Below, piece after piece: positions 1 to 13,265 of a DNA stretch of 64,000 nucleotides. Position numbers and translations under genes: made by a program. The DNA comes from Octopus sinensis (lineage: Eukaryota). The stretch is from the NCBI RefSeq assembly GCF_006345805.1, contig NC_043001.1, forward strand, positions 28,644,001-28,708,000, given 5' to 3'. Numbering within the stretch: the stretch's first letter is position 1; every line of letters starts with the position of its first letter. The notes below the pieces were generated by a model that saw only the letters and a list, made by a program, of their open reading frames with translations, was not told where the DNA came from and did no database searches.

Positions 1-587
1 CAGGTGCCTATGTAGTAGTTATGAGCAGATAAAGACACTAGTCACTATTAGGAAGGAGGGGAAGATATGTAGCAATGAAGACTAATGCCAAAATTGGCTT
101 GGAGATCTACACCAGACCCCAAACTGTATACCACTGCAAGTGATAGAATTAAAAAAAAAAAAGAAAGGACCAAATGTCCTCCCGAGCCATAGGCGCATAA
201 GGTCAGGTTCTGTGGTTAATAATTTACCCCAGCTTCTGAACAGGATACCAGACCATAGCAGAATTGCTAACTGAGTGGACTGGAGCAATGTGAAATGAAG
301 AAAGAACACAACACAATGCCCAGTCCAAGAATCAAACCCACAGTCTTACAATCACGAGTCCAACATCCTAACCACTAAGCCACACACTTCCTCACATGCA
401 TGTGATAACTATTGGATCACTGGAACTCAACAAGTTTTCTTTTCATTCTGTCTATTTATTTCCTCTTATTCCTTTCTGCCGAAGAGCAAAGGCTCAAAAC
501 ATAAAAGACTTTTTCATTTTTCCCCAGAGTCAAACTAATGCACTTGCTTGCTATTCCTACACCTGTTTTTGTCTTTTTATATATTTG

Positions 588-641
<54 letters not shown>

Positions 642-879
642 TATATATATGTTTATATAAATGAAGTATAAGGAAAGGAAAAGAAATTGTAGTTGTAGAC
701 GATCTTTAATTCATAAATCCAGGTTGGTACAGATCCAATATAAATTCAATTCTTTTCTTTATACTCCAGTTACTGTTTTTGAAAATACTGAATATATATT
801 CTTTGGTTGGACTGTACCGGCAGATGCTTGACATCTCTTTGAAGGATTTTGGTCCTCACATAATGACAGACAGACAGGC

Positions 880-1072
880 AGATAGACAGATAAATTTTCA
901 TCAGCACTGCCTTGAAGAATTTTTTGTAGAATGAATCAACTGCAGTAGTTATTATTTGTTGAGCCTGGTACTTATTCTGTTAGTCTTTTTCTGAAAAACT
1001 GCTAAGTTATGGGGACATAAACACAACACCTGTTGTCAAGTAGTTCCACACAGGCACACACACACACACATA

Positions 1073-1122
<50 letters not shown>

Positions 1123-1292
1123 ATATATATAATCACAATGGGATTCTTTTTCAGTTTCTGTCTACCAAATCCACTCACAAGGCTTTGATTAGCCTGAGGT
1201 TATAGAAGAACATGCCCAAGATGAAACTCACAATCGGACTGAACACAGAACCATGTGGCTGGGAAGCAAGCTTCTAACCACACAGCCACACC
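880..1292 (-). mobile_element. SINE family A (diverged)
   Basis: Reverse copy with the same body. Confidence 0.7.
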
Positions 1293-1381
1293 TACACCCA
1301 TGTGTATGTATACATCTTCATAAGATCTCATGCAAGTACATTTATGATTTATATGTGTTTATATACTTTTATATTATATCA

Positions 1382-1435
<54 letters not shown>

Positions 1436-1634
1436 ATAAAGACTTTTTCACTTCCTAAGCATTAAACTAATACATGTTTGTTGTCTACATCACCTGCCTT
1501 CGTCTTGTTTCTTTGTAAATTCTCCCTAAATATATATGAGTGCACCTATGTATACCGTGAAGTATTCCGATGCTGTAAAATATATTGAGTGATTAAGAAC
1601 ACTGACTTCTGAAATTTGTCCTCTCTTTCTTGTC

Positions 1635-1671
<37 letters not shown>

Positions 1672-1836
1672 GAAACAATTGTACCGATATATTGATCCAT
1701 TCTTGTTGGTTTTTTCCTATTTGTAATCACCCCACTTTGTCATATGGTTAACACCATATAGATTTCTGGTGCATCCAAGTTAAGTACCATATTCATGTGA
1801 ATTCAATAGAACTCACTTGAATCTTAATTGCTTATA

Positions 1837-1878
<42 letters not shown>

Positions 1879-2935
1879 TTCATTACATTCAATTGCGTAT
1901 CATCTTCAAAATAGATATCAATAGGCCTACCACTGCTCTAAAATTAACACTTGTCACTCTACTCAAGTGTACCCAAAGCCTGACATTCAGGATATAAGAC
2001 ACAGGGTGGTTTCCGGGTGGAAATTTGGGGTAAAAAAAGCATGCTGGAAAATACAGTGTGTGTGTGTGTGTGTAGATAGATATATACATATACACATACA
2101 TATTTGTGTATGCGTGTAGACAAACACATATACACATTGGAACCTAATGTGGACTGAAAAATTAAATATGAAATTAATAATAATAACTAATCCTGAAAAT
2201 CCATGCTTAATCTGTTTTCACAAAGTTTTCCCATGACATACTTCTTGCAAAACTAAATTCTTAAAACAAAAAAAGGAAAACTAGAGTTTGTTGTGAACAA
2301 AATATTAATAGGAAATAGACAAGTTTATTTTTGAATAAGCTTTTCTTTTCCTTCCAATTAAACTGGTTTCATTATTTCATCCCAATATCTCGCCTCTGAC
2401 TAATTTTGGTGTGCTTGTCAGCCAGTCTCTTTTAAATAAAGCTTCCTTGTTTCACCCAAACAAGTGGGTTTCATTTTTCTACAAAATTTCAACCCAGAAA
2501 AGCAAATTATTATTTATATCATTTGTGTTGCCTTTTTTGCACTCATCTCTGACACTATGACAGAACCAAACAATTTCTGACACAACACACTATATCCTTT
2601 CTTACTATTTCTCATTCTAGCTATGAGCTCCATTTTTTTTTTTTTGTTGTGGCGGTTTTTTTTTCTATTTTCCTTCAGTTACTAACCATCTTTTAGAATG
2701 AAGTGACAAAGCATTTCTTCATTTCTTAGAAGTTCTAGATCACTAAGACAAATTTTGGTGAGATTAAGGGAAAGAGAACTCTAATAAAAAGAGAAAAAAG
2801 TAAAAACAAAAAAACTCAAAAACACATTAAAAAACAATATATGAATTATACACAGGAACTGATTGAAAGGAAGGACAATACAAAATTGGTGCTGGAGAGA
2901 AAGAAAAAGGGAAAAAATAGTCACAAATATCAAAG

Positions 2936-3300
2936 GGCGCAGGAATGGCTGTGTGGTAAGTAGCTTGCTTACAAACCACACAGTTCCAGGTTCAGTCCCA
3001 CTGTGTGGCACCTTGGGCCGACCAAAGCCTTGTGAGTGGATTTGGTAGACGGAAACTGACAGAAGCCTGTCATATATATATATGTGTGTGTGTGTGTGTA
3101 TGTATATGTTTGTCCCCCCAATATCGCTTGACAACCGATGCTGGTGTGTTTACGTTCCCGTAACTTTGCTGTTTGGCAAAAGAGACCGATAGAATAAGTA
3201 CTGGGCTTACAAAGAATAAGTCCTGGGGTCAATTTGCTCGACTAAAGGCAGTGCTCCAGCATGGCCGCAGTCAAATGACAAACAAATAAAAGAATAAAGT
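2936..3300 (+). mobile_element. tRNA-derived SINE family A
   Basis: A box tggctgtgtggt, B box ggttcagtccc, internal (TA)/(TG) tract, (gtaaaaga)-type tail. Confidence 0.85.
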
Positions 3301-3451
3301 GGAAATGGAAGAAAGACAAACTAAAATAGAACAGTCCAAAGGTTTAAACCTGTCACTTTACCGAGAGGCTAGGTTGAACTACTCTAATCCAAAAATACTA
3401 CTTGGCAGTTATATGAAATGAATGGTAAAATAACCTTTAGCATTTAAACTG

Positions 3452-3870
3452 AGAGTGGCTGTGTGGTAAGTAGCTTGCTAACCAACCACATGGTTCCGGG
3501 TTCAGTCCCACTGCGTGGCATCTTGGGCAAGTGTCTTCTGCTATAGCCCCGGGCCGACCAATGCCTTGTGAGTGGATTTGGTAGACGGAAACTGAAAGAA
3601 GCCTGTCGTATATATGTATATATATATATAAGTGTGTGTGTGTGTATATGTTTGTGTGTCTGTGTTTGTCCCCCTAGCATTGCTTGACAACTGATGCTGG
3701 TGTGTTTACGTCCCCGTCCGTCACTTAGCAGTTCGGCAAAAGAACCGATAGAATAAGTACTGGGCTTACAAAGAATAAGTCCCGGGGTCGATTTGCTCGA
3801 CTAAAGGCAGTGCTCCAGCATGGCCGCAGTCAAATGACTGAAACAAGTAAGAGAGTAAAGAGTAAAAGAG
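3452..3870 (+). mobile_element. SINE family A
   Basis: Full-length, colinear with the 2936 copy. Confidence 0.88.
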
Positions 3871-4189
3871 ATATCTGGTCAAAATATTCTACTAGTTTTA
3901 TGCACAAACTGGCCAACTCTGACCTCTCGTACCAACTCTACAATATCAGTCCATATCAAAATCTCAAAGCTACAAGATAATGCATGATTAATTCAAAAGA
4001 AAGTGAATAAATAAGTATTATGTTTGACCGAATAATGTGAATGCTAGATGGTTAAACTAGCTTTTTTGCTCACCACTTCCACCAAATATAAGCATTCTAT
4101 CATTGTAGTTCATAAATATCACCCCTATTCTTTACATGAATGGTTCTTAACCTTTTGTAGGTCAGGACCCATTTTCAGCAAAAACAATC

Positions 4190-4458
4190 CTTACTCTTTT
4201 ACTTGTTTCATTCATTTGACTGCGGCCATGCTGGAGCACTGCCTCCAGTCGAGCAAATCAACACCCAGGAATTCTTTGGAAGCCTAGTACTTATTGTATT
4301 GGTCTCTTTTGCTGAACCGCTAAGTTACGGGGACATAAACACACTAACATCAGTTGTCAAGCGATGTTGGGGGACAAACAAAGGCACACAAACATATACA
4401 CACACATACATATATATCTACACACGCACACATACATATCTACACACACACACATACA

Positions 4459-4492
<34 letters not shown>

Positions 4493-4518
4493 TATCTACA
4501 CACACACACACACACACA

Positions 4519-4577
<59 letters not shown>

Positions 4578-4742
4578 GTATATACGATGGGCTACTTTCA
4601 GTTTTCGTCTACCAAATCCACTCACAAGGCTTTGGTCAGCCCAAGGCTATAGTAGAAGACACTTGCCCAAGGCGCCACGCAGTGGGACTGAATCCGGAAC
4701 CGTATGGTTGGTAAGCAAGCTACTTACCACACAGCCACTCCT
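4190..4742 (-). mobile_element. SINE family A with expanded internal microsatellite
   Basis: Reverse copy; internal CA/TA tract ~200 bp. Confidence 0.88.
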
Positions 4743-6247
4743 GTGCCAAAACTTTTTTTTTAAGGGAGAGAGTGGATTTTTCACATTGATTTAATATTCA
4801 CATTTTCCATCAAGCATGTGTTTATTGAGTGCGGCCATGCTGAAGCACTGCCTCCAGTCGAGCATGTTTTTGATATTTCCATTGAATGGTGCCCATGATG
4901 TTAAAATTTGACAGGAAATGCTAAGGAAGCAAGGATTTGTATAATAAAATTATACTGGGTCTCCTTGACACACACATACCATAAGTCATGTTTCTGCTCA
5001 CTCATAGAACAATTCCATATTCAGATTCCAATTGTGACAAAAATATTTTTCAAAGTATATCTAAAATATAAATGCTGTAATTGGCTTTGGTTTGAATATT
5101 TTATTTAATAAGAAAAATCATGGCTGCTAAACACTCAGTACACAACCTAGTGCCCATGATATTTGCCACCCTCATGTAAGCTCACAACTCCTCCAAAGGA
5201 GGTATTAATAACCAGGTTAAGATCTACTACTTTACAGTAGTACTTCTTAGATAGAGAACCCAAGAACGACAACTCTTTAACTCTAGTGTACAGCTTTGCT
5301 TCATAATATGAAATAGATGATTGTATGCTACAATCCCAGTTTGTAGTAAACAGGAAACCCAGACAACCTGGTTTGTGATTTGATACCTGTACTCAAACAG
5401 CAACATGAGCTGATAAAATGTTGAAATATACCAATGTAGACGGAGTAGATTTGAACACATCATCCTCAAGGAGGTAGTCTAATATTTTATCCACTTGGTG
5501 AACTTATCACTACACTCTATGCATTAGTCATATTAAAAAAATGATAGATGTTAGTACCAGACTATGAAAAATAACTTAATAAAATAGAAGCCAGTTCAAT
5601 GTAATAGCCAAATAAGTCTCTTTCAATAATTTCTTTCCCATGTTTAAAAGGAAATTAACAAGTTTTAAGTACGAAATACCAATGAGTGAGTATTATACAA
5701 TAATCATAAGCTTTCATTTAGTGTCTCCATGTGACTACCCAAGTTGAGCTGAATGAGATTACTTGAGAACAACAGCTCAGCTACTTGGTCTCATTTCTTT
5801 GTAGAATCAGATGTCAACAGAGATAGTGTTATGAAGAGCACAACTTCAATAGTACCAAGCCTTTATTTGACACACTGAAGAATGTGGCAATCTAAGCATA
5901 AGAGGATGAGAAATACCATTTTATATGCAAGGCTGGGCTCATACTGAGCCTGCAGTGGACAAAGGCAGTGGTGTAGGAACAAAAGCATAGGGATACAGAT
6001 CTCTCTAAGCTTCAAAGAACTGAAATGAAATGTAGAAATTTACTCTTCCTCAAACCCATCTCACTTAATATGGCTTATTTGGTTGCTGTTCAGTGTAATT
6101 ACTAAGCTAATTGAGGATAGTAACCTTACATATATAAGTATATAAACAACACAACATGAAAATGAAAGAGAAAAATTCATTTCACAGTTGATTCAAAATA
6201 CATTTAAACATTGCTGTACACTATAGTAAAAGCATTTTTTTTTTTTG

Positions 6248-6550
6248 GCCCTTTTCAAGCCTAGCTAGGCTCATGGGCCCAGTTTCCTGGTTTCTGTGAC
6301 ATATGTGTATCCCTCAGCTGGACGGGACGCCAGTCCATCGCAGCATTACTCAAGAAACAAGAAGAAAGAGTGAGAGAAAGTTGGGGCGAAAGAGTACAAC
6401 AGGGGTCACCACCACCCCCTGCCGGAGCCTCGTGGAGCTTTTAGGTGTTTTTGCTCAATAAACACACACAACGCCCGGTCTGGGAATCGAAACCGTGATT
6501 CTCCGACCGCAAGTCCGCTGTCCTAACCACTGAGCCATTGCACCTCCACA
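6248..6550 (-). mobile_element. tRNA-derived SINE family C
   Basis: Minus head gtggaggtgcaatggctcagtggttagg...ggtttcgattccc. Confidence 0.82.
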
Positions 6551-7063
6551 TAGTAAAAGCACAGTGTTTCATTTCTAATAAACTGTTATTGAATAGTGAG
6601 CACGTTTTTATTATTCTCTATTATCATGTTCTTAAATAGAACAAAAATGCATTTAGAAAAATATTGAACCAAGTATTTTGAAAGCTCTTGAACCAATTAG
6701 TGCATTTCAAATATATTATGTTCAATTAACATGGTGCTTCAAAAGAACAAATTAGCCCAGCTAACTTAATATATTACTGTATATGTACATGCGTGAGTGG
6801 TTTCTATTTGTTTCTGCAAACAATAATACACAGCCTATGTCATCTGTCCATTTTCTGTCATCCTTCAACTTGTGTCTGAATAAGTTGTCAGAAACATGAA
6901 ATTGTGAAGTTCATTCTGACACACTAAAGTATTCATAGCATACACGGGCATGTGATAACATCATAGCAGTCTATGATTTCACAAACATATATATCCTAAC
7001 CATCCTTATCATTGCCCAGCAAAAACTAACCCACTGCTTATTTCATCTAAGAACCTATATTTC

Positions 7064-7320
7064 ATGAGGGGGTGCTGAAATGTTCCTGGCTTTGGGTAAA
7101 AAAAACATACAGGAAGAACAGTTAATTATGATGATGTTTAACATATTCTCCTCTCAGATTCACACACTTACTGTAGTGGACCTTCAGTTTTAATAAGCTC
7201 TATAAAAGAACTCAAGAAGGTTGAGCCTCCAGCCAGGGCTTTTGCAATACCTTTAAAGCCAAGAGCTTTACTTTTAGTGCAGATTCTGTCCCAAATTTGT
7301 CTTCCACATTACTACTTCAC
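7064..7320 (+). mobile_element. Mariner-type non-autonomous element end
   Basis: atgagggggtgctgaaatgttcctggc start; related copies at 7977 and 59953. Confidence 0.6.
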
Positions 7321-7942
7321 ACTGGAACTCATATTTAGAGTTATCGCTTCAATAACTAAACTAACAATAAATTAGATATTGTAAAACTGAAGCTCTTTTG
7401 GAATAATTCAATCAATTATAACAACAGGTCCCTACAAATGTATACTTACATGTCAATGCAAGGAAGCATAGATATCATGTGAATAGACAACAGAGAAGAA
7501 AGAAAAAATACATGAAAATTATATTGTGAGACAGTAAAACACTAAAATAAAATTAATCAACTGCTATTGTTTCACAAATGAAAAGAAGTGAACTAAGAAT
7601 TTAATTTTTTTTTTTTAATAAAGGATAATAATTTAAAATAGATTTAAGAGGATGGACATTTAAGGATTAATTTAATTGAAAATCATCATAATTATCATTT
7701 AATGTACACTCATCTATGCTCGTATGGGTTAGATGAGTTTTGTTAAAGTGGATATTCAACAGCCAGATGCCTTTCCTGTTACCAACCTTCATTTGTTTCT
7801 TAGCAAGGTAGTATTTACCCATGGCCTCACATGTTTTCCAAGGAAAACTGGAAATGAACAAACTTGCTTGTATGATGATGATGCTCATTTATAACCAACT
7901 TGATATCTTTTCATGAGTACATTCACACAAACATGCACATCT

Positions 7943-7976
<34 letters not shown>

Positions 7977-7982
<6 letters not shown>

Positions 7983-8185
7983 GGAGTATTGAAAAGTTCT
8001 TGGCTTTTGGTAAAAAAAAATACAGGAAGAACAGTTAATTATGATGTTGTTTAACACATTCTGTCAGATCCACACACTTATTACAGTGGCCCTTCAGTTT
8101 TTCTAAGCTCTATAAAAGAACTCAAAATGTTGGGCCCCCAGCCAGTCTTTCGCAGTACCTTTAAAGCCAGGAAATTTTCAACACA
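7977..8185 (+). mobile_element. Mariner-type element end, copy 2
   Basis: Colinear with the 7064 copy. Confidence 0.6.
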
Positions 8186-8583
8186 CTCTTGTGTGTGTGT
8201 GTGTGTGTATGACAGGCTTCTTTCAGTTTCCATCTACCAAATCCACTCACAAGACTTTGGTTGGCCTGGGGCTAGAATCAAAGACACTTCCCCAAGGAGC
8301 TGCACAGGGAGACTGAACCCACAATCATGTGACTGAAAAGCAAGCCTCTTAACCTCAAAACCACACCTGTGCAATAAATAAATCACACCTGTGTTAATAA
8401 ATAAAAAGCCTCAGTTGTATAAAAGAATTTTTAAAAAGAATTGAAATAGTGGCACAACTAAATTAAAAAGCTACTTAATTTAATCACAACTTCAAGAAAT
8501 TCCAAATAGTAAATGCGTTGATTTAATTTCATTTTTGGATTTGGTTTGCAAGATTTTTTATGTGAGTTCGTGTGTTGAAGCAT

Positions 8584-8706
8584 ATTCTGTTGTCTGGGGA
8601 GAGTCATTTTCTCTTTGTGCCTTACAATTTAACACACTCACCAGTGAGTGTGTAAAATTTATAAGTCACAAAAAAGAAAATGACTCTCCCCAGACACAAC
8701 AGAATG
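8584..8706. repeat. ~120-bp fold-back palindrome
   Basis: attctgttgtctggggagagtcattttc...cactcac-ca-gtgagtg...gaaaatgactctccccagacacaacagaat. Confidence 0.9.
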
Positions 8707-9552
8707 TTGATTTAATTTATAGCAAAAATTAAGATGACTTAGCAGTCAGTAAATAAAGGGTCTATATTCATAATCAAACTCAATTAAAAAGTCTGAAGAG
8801 CCTTCAAATGGTCTGAGTGAGTTACAGTTAGAAGAAGGTACCATAATTAAAAACAATACTACAATTTACTAAAAGCTACAAGGAAGTACAAAAACTAATT
8901 ATAGAAGCAAATAGTTGCAGTTGATTCGACACTACAACTGGAGAATGAAATACAGAATGTCAAATAAATTGAGTAATAGGTTATAAAGAAAAGTATACAA
9001 ATCTAAAAATAGAACTGAAATAGGGACATGGTCATTTATTGTCAGTTGAAAATACTGAGTCAAGCAAGAAAACTGAGGAATGAGGATATGAATGAGGCAG
9101 GGATTATACCAAATAGAAGGAAAATTGAGCATAATGTTTGTTGATAGATGGAAGATTGATAAAATGACATCATTTATCATATCCTTTACTCTTGTCAGTC
9201 ATTCGATTGCAATCATGATGGGACACTTGCCTTGAAGGGTTTTAGTCAAACGAATCACCCTGAGTACTTATTTTTATATGGTTGGTACTTATTCTATCAG
9301 TCCCTTTGGCAGAACCACTAGGTTACAGGGATGTAAACAAACCAAGCCCGGTTGTTAAACAATAGTGGGAGAACAAACAAAGGACACACACGTACCTATA
9401 TACATATATACAAATGTTTAATACATACGTAAACATGGCATTGAACAGATACATTGGCATAGAGGACTATTCATTACCCTCGATAATGAATACTATCCAA
9501 CTATAATTTTTGTCATTAATGTGAACCTGGTGAAAGAAATTTTTTATTTTTT

Positions 9553-9785
9553 AAGGCGGCGCACTGGCAGAAACGTTAGCACACCAGGTGAAATGCCTAG
9601 TAGTATTTCATCTGCCGTTACATTCTGGGTTCAAATTCCACTGAGGTCGACTTTCATCCTTTCGGGATCGATAAATTAAGTACCAATTACGCACTGGAGT
9701 CGATGTAATCAACTTAATCCATTTGTCTGTCCTTGTTTGTTCCCTCTATGTTTAGCCCCTTGTGGGCAATAAAGAAATAAGAAAT
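9553..9785 (+). mobile_element. tRNA-derived SINE family B
   Basis: ggcggc..ctggcagaaacgttagc head, gttcaaattcc B box, ctttcatcctttcggg core. Confidence 0.82.
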
Positions 9786-9789
9786 CTTT

Positions 9790-10170
9790 TATCTTTTATT
9801 TGTTTCAGTTATTAGACTGCAGCCATGCTGGGGCACTGCCTTGAAGAATTTATAGTCAAATGTATCAATCCCAGTACTTTTTTCTGGTACTTATTATATC
9901 GAACACTTTTGCCAAACTGCTAAGTTACAGGGATATAAACACACAAACACTGGTTGTCAAGCGGTGGAGCAGGGAGGATAAACAGACACACATACATAAA
10001 AACATATATATATATGGCTTCTTTCAGTTTCCATCTACCAAATCCACTCACAAAGCTTTAGTCGGCCCAAAGCAATAGTAGAAGACACTCGCTCAAGGTG
10101 CTATGCAGTGGGACAACCCAGAACCATGTGGTTCGGAAGCAAACTTCTTATTACACACAGCCACGCCTAT
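9790..10170 (-). mobile_element. SINE family A
   Basis: Reverse copy. Confidence 0.75.
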
Positions 10171-10616
10171 AGTTATGGTTATTTTCTTTGAGTGATCATA
10201 GCAGTATTCAAACAGTGCAATACATACCAAATGGAAAAATTACTATACATACATCATGGAGACAAAAGACCCCAGGGTCAGCATTTGCAGATCACAGAAC
10301 TATTGAGAAAAAGCTCAGTGGAATTTGAACTGATCCAAGACCTATCTATACCAGTTCTACAGAAAGGCTAGGGAAGATCCCTCGATAGGGTACATGAAGT
10401 AATTTGAAAACTATTGGGACAGAAAATACTGCTTGTCATTTGTGTGTGTGTGTATGTGTGTGCAGGGATGAACCCAAGAGGGTGCCTGATGGGCACATGC
10501 TTCACTCAAGGAAAGTGTGCCCTTCTAAATAATGTTATGCCCTTTTCTCCGGGAATTGTATTCCCTTCTGACCTTGTGCCCTCTCTTCGAAAAATTCTGG
10601 GACCATGCGCCTGGTG

Positions 10617-10662
<46 letters not shown>

Positions 10663-10704
10663 CAGGCATGCATGTATGCACATAGTCTTCCAGAGAGTTT
10701 CTTA

Positions 10705-11108
10705 TTTCTTTATTGCCCACAAGGGGCTAAACATAGAGGAGACAAACAAGGACAGACAAAGGAATTAAGTCGATTACATCGACCCCAGTGCGTAACTGGT
10801 ACTTAATTTATCAACCCCAAAAGGATGAAAGGCAAAGTCGACCTCAGTGGAATTTGAACAGCAGACGAAATACCTATTTCTTTACTACCCACAAGGGGCT
10901 AAACACAGAGGGGACAAACAAGGACAGACAAATGGATTAAGTCGATTACATTGACTCCAGTGAGTAACTGGTACTTAATTTATCGATCCTGAAAGGATGA
11001 AAAGCAAAGTCGACGTCAGCGGAATTTGAACTCAGAATGTAACAGCAGACGAAATACCACTAAGCATTTCGTCCGACATGCTAACGCTTCTGCCAGCTCG
11101 CCGCCTTA
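10705..11108 (-). mobile_element. SINE family B head-to-tail dimer
   Basis: Body from tatttcttt to gaaatac occurs twice. Confidence 0.82.
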
Positions 11109-11664
11109 CTCTCTGGTCTTCCAAAGAGTTTCTATCAACCAAATTCACTCACGAAGAATTAGTCAGCCCAGAGCCATAATAGAAGACATTTTCTCAAGGT
11201 GCAGCACAGGAAGACTGAACCTGAAACTACATCATTGCAAAACAAGCTTCTTAACCTCACAGCCATGCCTGCACCTATAAAAACGAAACATTTCCAAATC
11301 AAGGAATCGAACCTCAGCTGCCTTGGCGAGAATCCGGAAAACTAACCACAAGTATTTTAGAATCATAATTGTTATGAGCACAAAAAAAAATTAATAAATG
11401 ATAATATGTACACGAATAAAAAAAAAAGACAGATTCTTGAAGTAATAGAAAGTAGTTTTAGGAAGAGAACATAAAATATGGGTTTAGAAGAAAACTACTG
11501 AGCTGGTTTATAAACATGATGCAAACAGGTGCTATGTAGTGAAACGCAACAAAATAACCCAGTTTCTTAAATGACATATGGTCTATTACTAAATATATAA
11601 AGTCTTGGATTAATGAATGTATAAACATAGAAAATAAATTCTAGGTTAGGAATATGAAGTGTGA

Positions 11665-11851
11665 AGTGGGTGGCTGAGTGGTAAGAAGTTTGCTTCCCAA
11701 CCACATGGTTTCAGGTTCAGTCCTACTGCACAGCACTTTGGGTGAATGGCTTCTACTATAGCCTTGGGCTAATGAAAGCCTTGTAAGTGGATTTGGAAGA
11801 CAGAAACTAAACAAAGCTCATTTATATTTACATAGATATATATATATTTAC

Positions 11852-11890
<39 letters not shown>

Positions 11891-12370
11891 GAGCAAAGGT
11901 GAGCAAAGGTGTGCATATACTCCTCTGTGGATATATATAAATCCAAAAAATGGAACAAGAACACAACAGATGACAATAAGACATCCGGACAGACAATACA
12001 AAGACGGACAGGAAAAAGTTTCCAGATTATCCTTACAGCTTTTCCTTGTCCATGTTTGGATCTTCTATCTGTCTGGATGTTTTATTGCCGTCTGTTGCAC
12101 TATTGTTCCATTTTGGGGGTTTGTTTGTTTGTATGTATGTATGTGTGTATGCATGCATGCCTGTATGTATGTATCATTGTTTTTCCCACCACTGCATGAC
12201 AACCAATGTTGGTGTGTTTATATCCTTCTAACTTAGTGGTTTAGTAAGAGAGACCAACACAATAAGTATCAGACTTAAAACAACAAGTACTGGGGTACTT
12301 GACTGTGACTAAAATTCTTCAAGATGGTGCCCCCAACATGGCCATCGTCTAATGACTGAAACAAGTAAAT
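11665..12370 (+). mobile_element. SINE family A split by an insertion in its microsatellite
   Basis: Head at 11665-11820, tail at 12120-12370, palindromic insert between. Confidence 0.65.
11943..12116. repeat. ~170-bp imperfect palindrome
   Basis: aaaatggaacaa..caacagatgacaataagacatccggacaga versus tctgtctggatgttttattgccgtctgttg..ttgttccatttt. Confidence 0.8.
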
Positions 12371-12380
12371 GATTATATAT

Positions 12381-12423
<43 letters not shown>

Positions 12424-12569
12424 TATATATATTTATATAAAATTCAATTACAGGTTATACTAGCCTCATGGAGGGATGGTGTCATCCAAGGAAATACTGA
12501 TTCAATACTTAATATTGAGGAATTGATTTCCTTAAAATAATAGATATGTATATAAAAATCTATAGTTTA

Positions 12570-12955
12570 TCTCTCTCTATATAAACGGCAGTTTGTCTGT
12601 GCGTGTTTCTGTGTGTCTGTTTTCTCGTACCCTCACCCTGACCACGGCTTTCAACCGATTCTGATGAAACTTGACACACACATAGCCCAATGTCATAATT
12701 CAAAACTAACGCAGCGAAAATTTTGAAAAGTTCCCCCAGTTCTGAAAAAAATCGATAAATTCGACATGGGGTCGAGAATCAAAAAAAACAAACCACAGAC
12801 TGTCTAGGGGACGCAACTCAACCTTTTTTTACTCTCAAAAAAAATTTACCATCATTTTTTTTCCATTTGTTTGCTGTTTTTTGGCTATAACTCTCTAAAA
12901 ATGCTTTATAGTTATTTCCCTTACAAACCTGAGCAACGCCGGGCGATACTGCTAG
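12570..12955 (+). mobile_element. Non-autonomous Helitron-like element
   Basis: A|TC start, subterminal gagcaacgccggg, CTAG|T end, no TSD. Confidence 0.68.
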
Positions 12956-13031
12956 TATTCATATAAAGGAAGAAGAAAATGGAGATTGTGAAGTTAATAC
13001 AAGTTTGTTATTGACAACAAATCGAACATTA

Positions 13032-13114
13032 TCCCTTACAGCTGTTTCAGCTATACTCAGTGAATTAATAGAATTATTAAGTTCATATTTCAGAGCATAA
13101 CATCTTCAGAGGGA
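13032..13114 (-). ncRNA. Type I hammerhead ribozyme-like motif, intact core
   Basis: Minus strand: stem I UCCCU/AGGGA, CUGAAGA, extended stem II (GUUAUGCUC/GAGUAUAGC plus inner helix), GAAA, palindromic stem III ACAGCUGU, cleavage triplet GUA. Confidence 0.65.
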
Positions 13115-13265
13115 ACAAAAAAATATACCTTTAAATGTTTTATAAGTTTGTTTATGGATTCATTATAGTAGGCTGCTACAATGAATCCATAATGAATTCA
13201 TTATAGCAGTCTGCTATAATGAATCCATAGACAAACATATAAAACATCTAAGGGTATATTTTTTT

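Noticed and set aside
2936-3010. tRNA-like sequences at SINE heads
   Set aside because: A/B boxes only, continuing into SINE bodies; not tRNA genes.
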